A stretch of DNA of 64,000 nt. It comes from Haliotis rubra (taxonomy: Eukaryota). Each line of letters starts with the position of its first letter. Position 1 is the stretch's first letter. Below the pieces are notes generated by a model that had not been told where the DNA came from, ran no database searches, and saw only the letters and a list, made by a program, of their open reading frames with translations. Position numbers and translations under genes: made by a program. Below, in pieces: positions 38,896 to 51,200 of the stretch. The stretch is taken from assembly GCF_003918875.1 (NCBI RefSeq), contig NW_025767431.1:372001-436000 (forward strand). The letters are read 5' to 3'.

Positions 38896-39990
38896 TATAT
38901 GTCAATATGTATATGTATCGATGTTTTTTATGTTATTTTGATGTTTACTATTTAATGTATATTTTAAAATTCAAACATGTTTGTATGGAAGAACAATTTA
39001 CATCTGATCAGAGGTCATGTATGGAGAAATAAAAAACTTGAACTATGGTCATTTGCCTTCCATCCTTCCATGCCACAGTCACCTAAAGTCTGTATATTTC
39101 ATTTAGGAAAACAATATTGTGTGACCATCTATCTGTTTCTATCAGGAGAGAAACACGATTGAACACATCTTCAGTGAAGACTTTATTAAAAATAGGCTTG
39201 GTCTGTTGGCATTCAGCCCTGTGCATCTTACGAATCGCACGGTACTTAAGAGCAAAGGATCGCCCATGTAGCTCTGGCCTTCTGTTGAGAATTTGATAAC
39301 CTTGACAAACAGTTGGTCTTCACGGTAATATATATAAGGGGCACGGAGAGAGTGAACTAAGATCGATATGACAGACGTCTCAGTGTTCACTACAATCTTG
39401 CTCCATCTACATCCAATATTGCTATGTGACTCTGAGAGGTGGGGTGCATAAGGAAATTGAAACTGTTCATCATTTTTTTTAGCATGTGAACAAATTTCAA
39501 ATGGTGGACGCCAGACTCCCAATGCAGTAAAATACGGTGAATGTGGACGTCATCATCCGTACATAAATAGATATCGTAGAACTCTGAACTACCGATGTCT
39601 TTTAACGGCATTTAGAAGTTGTTATAGATCACCAAGATATCCCGAAACGTTGTGTGGAAAGAATAAAGAAGCTTAAATCCATAAAATATCTTGGTCATCT
39701 GAACTACTGATTAAAACTTTGAAAGATGCTTGCAGATTGCCTTGCATGAAAGGCTAAAGACATGTTGATGTACTTGAACAAATGTAGTTAACAACGAGGA
39801 GAGTTCTATGGATATACAACTTTAATATAATATGAGGGACGTTTCGGTGTCGCTATTAACACCTTTATCAAGCATGTGATGTACAATACTGAAGGCAAGG
39901 TTGTATATACATAGTAAAGATTGAACTGTATGTGATTGATGTTTGCACAATTAATGAGGTTGATGTACAAGGTTGGAGGATGTTTACACA

Positions 39991-40158
39991 TGAGTGAGTG
40001 AGTGAGTATGGTTTTACGCCGCTTTTAGCAATATTCCAGCAATATCACGGCGGGGGACACCGGAAATGGGCTTCACACATTGTACCCATGTGGGGAATCG
40101 AACCCGGACCTTCGGCGTGACGGGCGAACGCTATGGACACTTGGCTACCCACCGCCCC
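39991..40158 (-). mobile_element. SINE family 1, full length
   Basis: Close to consensus; flanked by direct repeat tgtttacacatg. Confidence 0.85.
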
Positions 40159-42031
40159 TGTTTACACATGGAGGTATTTGTTACACAAACAGAATAGCCT
40201 ATGGGTGGGGTGGGGTGGGGGTGGGCCGGGGTTATTGGGATGAAGCCAGTTATAAATCAGAAAGGAGAATAATGGGATTAAGATTGTTTGGTGATGAGTT
40301 GGTTGTAGGCAGTAGGGATTTAATAATCTTGGTCTGTGTGCATGGCTGGGTGGAGTCTCTTGATGTGAATGGCTTCAATGACTCCAACCCACCATGAACA
40401 TCATACCAACTCCTAAATGCCACTCAAAGAAGTTAATTGTGGTTAAAATAAGTCTGTGTCGAATGTATGATTTTTTCCTCTTCCACATGCTATGGGGATT
40501 GTGCGGTTGTCTCAAAGAATAGGAGACAAAGTGAGTGAGAGTTAATATTTAACGTCAAATCGGCAATATTTCAGCCATATTTTGACGACAAAAAGTTATG
40601 TACTAAGAATAAACATATGTATACTTATTTAAAAACCTGCCAGCGTAGGACAGTATAACGACTAGAATATCACAATTCGATTAAAACTAGTTTGAGTTCA
40701 GTGTAAAATGTTAAATCATTTCAAAACAACACAATATAGATCACCAACAACTGAAGGTACATCACCATACTAGGGTGTAGGAGACAAAGAATAATTCCAA
40801 TCACATTTTGTTGTAAATATTCTCTTCCAAGTATGGGACAGCACAATATGTAAGAGTTCAATACATATAATTTATTGCCCATATGGGAAGGAGAACACAG
40901 GGAAGTATTTTTCCTGTAGGTCCCTAGGGAGGTTACCCATTTTGTTGAATGTTGATTGGTTGCTTCAGAAAATGATTTCATTGGTTAAAAACAATATGCC
41001 GGAACTACTTCATTCATCTTTTCAATTCATTCATTGTACACTCACACTTTCCTGTACACGAAATTAAGAACATCACAGTACATCACTGTAAACTCTTGGA
41101 AATAACAGTTGAAGAAAAACAATACGTCTGATTGAAATCAAGTGAAGCTTAAGAACGTCAATGTTACTGGTGACGTCACACCTTGTGACGTCACGAACCA
41201 TCCTTACTCTGTTGCCGATGTAAACAAACATGACATCTTTGCAATCTCCAATAAATGTGAATGACAAACTGAAGGTTGATGGCGGCCTATTGGGAAAATT
41301 TGTATATTTTTAGCGACTGAACACGTTCAATGTTTAGTTTGTTGTGAGGACTGAACAAGAGAGATGTAAGTTCCCAGGTTTCGCATCCGTGTTGTGCCTG
41401 ACAGACCAACAACACACACACATTTGGTAAAATACGGTTTTGTTTGCAATTATTAATACACAGTTCAAGCATTCAATTACAGGATGCCCAGGGAGCACAT
41501 ATTTAAGAAACTATACCGTTAAGTTAGTTGAGAAAAACACGTTTCTAAGGGAGTATTTAGTCTCGCGTAATACACCCGTTTAAGATAGCGGTAATGCGAT
41601 GACGCGCCGGGACATGGAGATTCTCCACATTGCGGATTTCCTTAGGGAGAAACTGCTGTTTTCATTTTAGCCGATTTTTTAGATCGAAAACTGATATGGG
41701 TAATAAAAACAATAACCAACTGGTGACGGGGAATGGCACATTATCTTTCCCCTCGTTATATTAAGTAGGTGATCCTCTCGCCAAGGCTCGAGAATTACGT
41801 AATTATTATAACTCGGGAGAGATACTCTGTCATTCCCCGTCATTCGTTAGTTATTGTCTGAATCTACAACAGTAAAACGTTTACTAGATTCTGACCAATG
41901 TATATTTTAACACGGATCAAAAGTGGATCGAAATAGTCTTGTAAAGCTGAGATCAGGATTGCTGAGATTGAAAATAAAAAATACCTGGATATGGCTTAGT
42001 TTGGATTTGTACCAGGGGGCATGTCCGACAT

Positions 42032-42685
42032 CTGATACGGCTGCTGTTGTTTTAGTCGCAATATCATGGCCCCTCTGACATTGAAGTTTCTGTTTTATTC
42101 GCCATATCATGGCCCCTCTGACACTGAAGTTCCTGTTCTAGTCGTGATATCATGGCCCCTCTGATACTGAAGTTCCTGTTTTAGTCGTGATATCATGGCT
42201 CTTCTAACGCTGAAGTTCCTGTTTTAGTCTCGATACCATGGCCCTTTTGATACTGTAGATGCTGTTTTAGTCGCGATATCATGGCCCCTCTGAGACTAAA
42301 GTTCCTGTTTTAGTCACGATATCATGGCCCCTCTGATACTGTAGATGCTGTTTTAGTCGCGATATCATGGCCCCTCTCATACTGCAGATGCTGTTTTAGT
42401 CGCGATATCATGGCCCCTCTGATACTCTAGCTGCCCTTTTAGTCGCGATATCATGGTCTCTCTGATACTGAAGTTCCTGTTTTAGTCGCGATATCATGAC
42501 CCCTCTGATACTGTAGATGCTGTTTTAGTCGCGATATCATGGCCCCTCTCATACTGCAGATGCTGTTTTAGTCGCGATATCATGGCCCCTCTCATACTGC
42601 AGATGCTGTTTTAGTCGCGATATCATGGCAATTCCAATACTGAAGTTCATGCTTTTGTCGTGATATCATGGCCCCTCTGATACTG
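42032..42685. repeat. 43-bp minisatellite (gttttagtcgcgatatcatggcccctctgatactgtagatgct), ~15 copies
   Basis: atatcatgg recurs at 42061, 42104, 42147 and onward. Confidence 0.95.
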
Positions 42686-43832
42686 GTGGGTCGTGTCAAG
42701 AAAAGAGTATATGAATTATGATTATGGTTTATGTAGATGTAACACTGCCAACTTGTTAGTAATATTATGACACCCAGCTGTTCCTTTTAGCAAAGTAGCA
42801 AGCATAGTTGTATGCTCATTGTATGCTATTGCACATATCAGTTCCGATATTAATAATGAAACATCCACAAGCAAGCGTTTTAGCATATCCACTGACCTGA
42901 GTTATCGATACTGATTTCAAGGAAACTTAAAATACACATTCGTTGCTATTGAGAAGACCTCAGTGGCTGAACAGGTATTGAGTTCAATGTGATCAGCAAC
43001 ATGTAAAGTTCGAATCCCCAGTAATAGTTAGTATTTAACAGTTCACGTGAAACCCCTTGCTGCCTTTTGGTTGGAAGTCCAAAGTGATACATGTCTAAGA
43101 CGGTCATCACTTTACCTAAGCCCACGGAATTGATGTGATGCTGACACACCAAGGCGGGTCCTGGGCCTCCTTTCACAATGCACTAAGGTGATCGTAAGTC
43201 ACTTAGGTAACTTTAGTGTAATGTTAAAGAATGGGAGTTAAGGTTAACCTTAGTAAACGTTGCTTTCGTGAAAGGAGCCCCTTGATTCCAAACCACAATA
43301 TAGATTGCTAACACATCTGAGCAACACATCACTCAGCGAATTATGGCCCTTAGTAAGAATGAAATTTGAAAGGTGTGAGGCAGATGGATTCCAGCTCAAT
43401 TTGGGACTGTGACGAAATGGTTCCGAACTAAACTACCAGATAGTATAATATACAAAACATCCTTAACAGTTTCGGGTGTGAAATTCTGTCCATGCTTACA
43501 GGCTGTATTTAAACCAAAAACACAAGCAGGCAGCGTATATCAGTAGGGAATGATCAGGAAGACTTCACAATAGTTCTGCCACATCCTGCATCTTCGATTC
43601 CCGTTTGTTAATGAATTTGCGTCTGGTTGCACACCTCGACAAGTTGTCCAAATGCATAGTTCATAGTGTTAATGCCCGTAATATACGTCATACCATAATC
43701 ACACTTATCATCGTAATATGTAATAAATATGTATGATATACTAATAATTTACTTACACGAAAATTGGAGATGGATTACCCTCTCATTTATTGCGCTGGAC
43801 TGGTTTTGATAAGGGTTGGTTGGGAAAAGGAC

Positions 43833-44426
43833 AAGTGCTGGTATTGGCATACAACTTGCGATACAGTACATCACAATACTAAAATTTTCAGTCACAACCA
43901 TATATTGCTAAAGCATTGTGCATTGAAGCTGTGAAACGATACGAATACCGACATAAGGGTGGCGATACGATACGTATCACGATACTAAATCTTTAATTCT
44001 AACACTAACTTATAAAACACCTTAAGATCAAAACAAAACCATTTTAATGAATTTCGTCAAATTCCGTCAGCGTTTTTCAATGTTCATCCGTAAACGAGAA
44101 AATTAAGTTTATACACGGACTTTGTGAATGTTGATAACATGCGAGCGTTATGTCTGACACACTTCTTGACGCAAGAATTTGCGAGGAAACGTTTACTTAT
44201 GAAGGGAAAATAAGTAAGCATACATTTTAATCATCAAACAAAAGTAAGTTGTTTTTCTTGACAGATATCGCGAGTCGGCAGTAATGAAGTTAAACATCGA
44301 TGTATCGTGGCTCATTTGAAGTATCGTATCGGGATATACGACAATGTAAAACTTTGTATCGATTCACAATATCGGCGGCCCATGGATCGATGCATCGATG
44401 CGTATCGATGAATCGTCACACCACTA
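43833..44426. mobile_element. hAT-like non-autonomous element(s) rich in CGATA motifs
   Basis: Subterminal cgata/tatcg arrays; absent at the paralogous site ~27297. Confidence 0.5.
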
Positions 44427-45216
44427 CAAAGGAAAGTGGAATCATGTGTCGGATACACGCTTGTACTAGCGACTCATGTGTCTAACAGTATTTCACCCAT
44501 TGTCGAGAAATGTCATACATTGTTCATACATTCAAAAGAACGTATATAACAACTTTTGTCCCTATTTACTCTTTACTCTATCTGCTTAAACCCGAAGAAT
44601 GCCTAGCCTTATCAAGTATAAGACAGTTGTCATATAGTCATCCAGATCGATCAGATTCTCAAACACTATAAAGCATTAATGTTTGCCAGCAAACACACAT
44701 AAACACGCACAAGCCAGGCCATAACGTTCGCTTTCATTTTCGTTTTCATGTGACTAACATTAGCGTAATACTTCGTGTTGCGCTGTGAACGTGGTTGCAG
44801 GCATGGATGTTTTGTTGTTGTCGCTGTTGCTATTACCCTTCCAAAAGAATACCTGTAAAACATTGAATTTTGCTATGCGTCTGGATGAATTGAATAATTC
44901 TGCATACACGTGCAGGCATATACACAGGTTAATGTAACATGTGTACACAAAGGGTTTGGGTAATTTTCCCAGGCCAGACGTCAACCACCTAATCCCATTT
45001 CCAAAAATACGCTTAAGTCGTTGCGTATTTGTGAAAGAGACGCGGTACGATTGTGGAAAGGGTCCATTCATATGTGAATAGCCATGGTTCTGGGTTGTTT
45101 TTTTGGGCATATCATCAGTGTAGTGTTCTGCCGCCTCGTGATATGTCGCAATGATCCTACTTTAAACCGAGTATACACAACCTTGCTTTATAAGGGAACA
45201 AGCAGCGGTCCTAACC

Positions 45217-48200
45217 ATGGGCAAACTGAAATTATTTACAATAATTTTAGATAAGCCTACGGGAGTGTACTCACCGTGCGATTATCTCCAGGGTCATGTA
45301 CAGGTGGAATTGACAGGTAAAATGAAAATGAGAGGTAAGTTCTTGCATTATCACACATTTGGACAATTGCTAGAATAGTAAAAGGCAATATGCCACGTTC
45401 GTTTTCTGTTTACGGAACAGATCTCCGAACGTGGTGAACGGGGGCCTTTTGCTGATTTGAATTCTTTTTTCATTATTAATATTTTGTTTGATTCGTTTTC
45501 ATAACTCATGACAAGTTTAACTTATACTTACAAGTAGGGTTGTGCTCTTTTCCGAAGCAGAATTCTAAACTCTGAATATTATTTAATATAACTAGCCAAT
45601 TAAAAATCAGACTATTGGTGATCAGAGATGATGAAATATTTTGAAAGCATTAATTTTGTCTTCTTTGAATTGAAGGTTTCCAACGACGATGAATCAAAGT
45701 TAGGGAACCAATAACAAAACACTATTTGCAATTTGCACAATAGCATCAGTTGATGACTTTTGTTTGTATATGAATGTATGGTTGTGTGCGCGCGCTTGAG
45801 AGGTGGAAGTGGGGGCGGACGGGTACCTGTGGATAATGTTGGGTCATACCCAACACTCCCTCCATTTCCCCTGTTCGTCCACAGAGAACCAAAAACGACA
45901 TAGGGACAAAAACGACTACAGTATAAAGATCAGCTAAGGTGATTGAAGTGAATGTTTCATAAATCATAGACCGTCTGTATATGGACTTTGCCTGTAATTC
46001 CATTGTGTATTCATCTTGATTATGGTGGTGTATATACAAGGATCTGCAGTAATAAAGGCCGTATATATTCCATGTATCTTCTGGATGAAAGACCATGTAC
46101 ACTTAATCATACCATGTTATTGTTACACATACCTCACAAGGAATGCGTCACGATATTGCTGAAATATTGCAAATGTGACGTAAAATCTTAACTCACTCAC
46201 TCACAAGGAATGGGTGAGTGAGTTTAGTTTTACGCCACTTTTAGCATTATTCCAGCAACATCAGAGCGGGGGACACCAGAAATGGGCTTCACACATAGTA
46301 CCCTGTGGGGAATGGAACCCGGGTCTTCGGCGTGACGAGCGAATGCTTTAATTACGAGGATAGTCGACCAACCTAGGCTAGAAGTGACAGCTTAAATAAA
46401 CAGTAGTCGCTAGGCCAGCTGAAGCTGAAAACGTTAGATGTTTACAATGCATTACACTACAGCTATAACACATCGTGTTGTCGACTCATTCCACGATGTG
46501 CCCCACCTAAATGTCAACTAATGTCTTCTTGGATAACCACTGAGGGTCATAGAGGGTTGTTTAACTTGTTGGAGTTGTTGTTGATTTGATTAAATGAGCC
46601 TAAACTGTTTACCAATATCGTATCTCTTCATTTACTGCACGAAGCATACCGGGCTTTTGAACACGCTCAACAAACCAGGCTTTTGAACACGCTCCACAGT
46701 GGTTGAAGCATTCACTGGTGACGTCGAGAACCCGGGTTCGATCCCGAACATGTCTTTCATGTGTGAAAACACACTTTTGGTGTCCCCTGCATTCACCTTA
46801 CCTATGTGTCGAGCAATTTTCCAAAAGTTCCAGCTTTGGTGTTTACATTTCACAACTTTTGAGAAACAAACGATCATCCGACCGTAGTTTGAAAGATCGT
46901 CATATGACTCCTGCACAGAAGTTGTCCAATGAATGTTATAACATTCAAGACCTCAGTAAAACGTTCAAAATGCTGCGCTAAAATTTGGAAATATTTCCCA
47001 ATTTTAACTCATCACAAACAGCAATTATGTCAGTTACAAATGTNNNNNNNNNNNNNNNNNNNNNNNNNNNNNNNNNNNNNNNNNNNNNNNNNNNNNNNNN
47101 NNNNNNNNNNNNNNNNNNNNNNNNNNNNNNNNNNNNNNNNNNNNNNNNNNNNNNNNNNNNNNNNNNNNNNNNNNNNNNGTTATTTGTTTTGGCTTGCCTT
47201 TGCATGTGTTTGGGGCGTGTGCCACCAGTAAGGCAGCATTTGTTCACGGTGTCAAGAACAACTGGTTACATCGGTATATGATAGTGATTGATAAAATAAG
47301 TGACAAAACGTTTTTCATATCCACATATCGAGTTTATGATCCCGACTACATCATGGGCAAGTATTTATGAATCACTATCAAATAGGGATGTTATCAGGTG
47401 TTCGCGAAAAGGTGAGTGTATTCTACCCCACTGGTGAAGATAGCTCTGAAGATGAAATGACAGTGAAATGCTGCTTTCAGAGTTGAGATATATTATATGT
47501 ATCCAATTCACACCATGCTAGATTAGTGACCTACTTATCCAGATCAGGGTTATTTGAAATCTCTTTTTCAATATATTGTATCTTTGTAATGATACAAATA
47601 CGACTATCAGATGATAATATTTGCTCTTCTTGCCAGGCATCAGACTTCATATCTATGGTGGCGCGGAAGTGAAATGGGAAGAGATTGAGAGGAGGGATCG
47701 AGAAGGGAGTTCTGATTGGAGTGGAGAAACCAGGTGCACACACGAAGCAAATGAGACCTACCTTAACAATGAAATGGTTCTATTTGGTAAAGGTATTAAA
47801 ACCTGCTTCAATTAATATATTTTATCATTCAAATGTTTTACCTTTAATGCAATCATTAAATGGTTTACGTTTGATGATCAGTTGCTGAATGACAAGATAG
47901 GATAATTACATTGCGTGTGAACATCCCGGACCCCATTCCCCCAAAGCGATCGGAGCGGCATGACTGTCGCAAATCTATGTTAAAGAGTTACGATCATCAT
48001 AGTGCAACAATCACTTTGTGGGGGACCCGCCCCCTGGTCAAGGTCATTGTATTCAAGAACTTCTTCTCAAACACGATCAGTCAAGCCACATACAAAGATG
48101 CATACAATTAGCTGTCTTGTTTGTTGTTAACTGTTTGTTTGAGGTTTCCGCTACAGAACTTGTGCTATGCGACGGTTCACAACAAACAAACCCTTACAAT

Positions 48201-51200
48201 GTCATGTATATTGTGTGAAAGACCAATTCTTCTACGGGAAGGGGAGGGCATTCTTACCCTTTTCACTAACACCTGTTTTCATTGTTGATATTCAGTTATC
48301 TGTTCATTTATACTCCCTGCTGTTCTTCCTTTCACTTGCACACCCAATGTTTCCGAGTACAATTGAGATTGGCTATTTTCTGGCTTGACATTTTGTCAAT
48401 GTGAGGTAGGTGTTTTTCTCAACAGAAGCCGTTAAAAATCGCACATGACAACTTCAAAATGAACAGTGCATAATTTTACAATAGCAGTCTCAAAAACAGT
48501 TTGAATCTACGTGTACAAGTAAGTATAAAGGATGGTCGTTGTCCACATGGCAGAATGGAATTGGCACAAATAGAACAACGTCGGTTCACTAACACGCCTG
48601 TAGAAGAGAGGACGCTCTTGAGGACTAGATGCATGTACCCCTCCCCCATCCCCACACACTACCCACTGTATAAAGATATCAGACTTCTCCGATTTAACTG
48701 ATGTACAGAAGGTGGATTAAATTCTCTTCTCGCCTGAAGTGATTTTAAACAGTGTCAAGACCTGCAAAGCTATTTTAACTGCGAGTAGTATAGGTAGTAT
48801 AGACAGTTCTGTTACAGGTACCACTCATTGCATTATTTGTGGTCAGATAAGCTCCCATCGATGATTCAAAATGGCGTCTTTCGTTGAGGACCATCGTTGG
48901 ATGTCCCTATATATACTCACACGCAAAAGTAACGCAAGTCAAGTAAAAAGCAGATATGTATGTAATTTTCAATATTAAACACGAGAAATGCAAACAGGGT
49001 GAGATAGACAAAAAAATGAGTGGAGACATTTCATTGGCTGATGACATCATTAAGTTTTCGAAAGGTAAAGGGGTTGAAAAGAACGGATCTCGCTGGTGTT
49101 GATGGGTAATGTGCCGATCTTGTCGAGGGGTTGTGACCCTTGGACGATCGCTCCGAGGAAAGTCATCTGTGGTCTTTGTAGCGTTGGAGACGGTAAATAG
49201 TGGTTATGTTTACGTCGAAATGACGGGCACCATTTTGGACAGACACTCCAGCTTCCGAACGTCTGATAGCCTTGTTTCTTTCAGTTTGAGTTAAGCGTGG
49301 CATTGTTGAACAAGTAATAGACCTAATTTTTGTGCAGTCTTATTCCCACTTCGCGGTGGCGTGTGGTCCTGTGCACAGAGCTCAGGTCACGAATCAGTTG
49401 AAGTTAAGCAACGTCGAGCTCGGACAGTCCTTTGATGGCCGTGTTTGGCAGCTTGACTCCTGACAGTTTCTAGGACTTCAGTCCTACCCCACAACATGTG
49501 GTCTCCAATTAGGCAAGTGAGTTTGTTCCAAATTGCCTCTGTTCACCCAGCAGAAAATGGGTACCCAGTTGGATAAAGTCATGTGACTATAACCTTCTAG
49601 CGCCTAACAGGCAGCTTGGGTGATCCGGGGTAATAGGAATCAGATTCTGATTAAGCGCCGCGAGCAATCACTTGGTGTTTGGAGACTGTGCACTACAGAA
49701 GATGACTTATTATTACTAATGGTAGTGACAATTCGTGCATGTTAGATTTCACGAGAGGTGTGTGCATGATACCCACATGTTCATTGATATGGTGCGTTTT
49801 GGCGATTCCTTCTATTGATGTGTTTTTGCTCGGACCTTCCAAAACGCAACAAAAATTATTGATAACACCATCAGGCTTCACTATATGCCAAAACCCCATA
49901 TAAATTAAGGGTCCGAGTTTGTTTCCTATTTGGATTAAAACTTGCATTTCTTATGCGTGTTAGTATATATATCTAAACAAATTATTTTATGTATTTTAAA
50001 AAAGAAAATTAATACATGAAGCCACCCTGAAGTGTTTGAACGACCGTTTCTCAATCAATGTCCACGTGATATACCTATTATTTAACTACTCTTTTATATT
50101 TTAATTGTGAGAGAGGTAATACATGTACCATGTCGTGGGGTAAGAATATGCTGCCCCATATGCCCTACAGGATAACCTGACAATGTCTCTAATACTGACA
50201 TTGTATTTTCTATTAATTATCATCTGTTTTCAGAAACACTTCTGATAATATTAGAGGAAAATAAAAAAAAAGAAGAAAATCTAAAAATAGAGATTGAAAA
50301 CCTCGAGAGTAAGTATGGAGAAACTATTGTGGAAGGATTAGATAGCAAAACACAAGGATTACAACAGTTACGACAAAAGAAAATAGACGGCATGTTGGTA
50401 AGATCTAAAGCTAAATGGATTGATGAAAGAAAGTGGATCAGTAAAATACTTTTGTAACCTAGAGACTAGAAATTATATCAGCAAAAACATGAAGGAGCCA
50501 GAGACGCCTAACTTCTGGCGATGAAATAATGATAAGAAGCTACCAAATTTTACCATGATCTATACTCATCAAAAGATCACCTAAAGATATTGACCTGAAT
50601 ATTAGTTAACAAGATATATGTAAGATTGAAACTGCAGATACAACTGAAGGCCCAGTAAATAATGATGAACACCTACATGTAACTGCACTTAAAAAATCTA
50701 AAAATAACAAACGTCCAGACTCTGGTGGCTTCTCCTAAGAAATTTTAAAACATTTTCTGGATTGACCTTAGAGACCTTATATAAAGATCACTAAATTTCA
50801 GCTTTGAAACCTAGAAACAAGGAATTATAACAGACATATTGGAAAGACAGACATATTGGAACGAATATTCGTATGATTTATGACTTACTCTTACAGACAG
50901 AATCCAAACAAATACCAGTTATGCTATTACTTGTAGATTTTGAAAAGGCTTTTGATTCAATCTTGGTCTTTTATTTTTAATATCAATTCATTGCGGCTGC
51001 AGACAAAGGGACCCGTTTGCTCCCTTTATATTCTTACTTTGCTCAGAAATATTATAAACTCTTATGAAGAAAAATATAGATATCAAAGGAATAGTGAGTG
51101 AGTTAAAATTTATCGTCACATCGGCATTATTTCAGCCATATCGTGACAATTCATTTTATACATAGTAATTAAAAGTAAATTGTAAAAACCTGTCAACGAA

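Larger units (their letters stand above)
24618..42031 (+). repeat. Tandem segmental duplication, unit 1 (alpha-arrestin locus)
   Basis: Collinear homology to 42694-61788. Start tgtcaagaaaagagtatatga, end atggcttagttt..gatttgtac..gtccgacat; upstream DNA, exons, introns and 3' flank all match. Confidence 0.85.

Noticed and set aside
39142-39611. Minus-strand ORFs as a host gene
   Set aside because: Probably a heavily decayed Penelope-like RT (PHL..SNI, QGY, RSFALKY traces in different frames); too degenerate to call firmly
42032-42685. CRISPR-like appearance of the 43-bp and 27-bp arrays
   Set aside because: Head-to-tail repeats with no unique spacers, no cas genes, and eukaryotic context
49400-49438. 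5S rRNA gene
   Set aside because: Only a diverged internal fragment, embedded in a SINE
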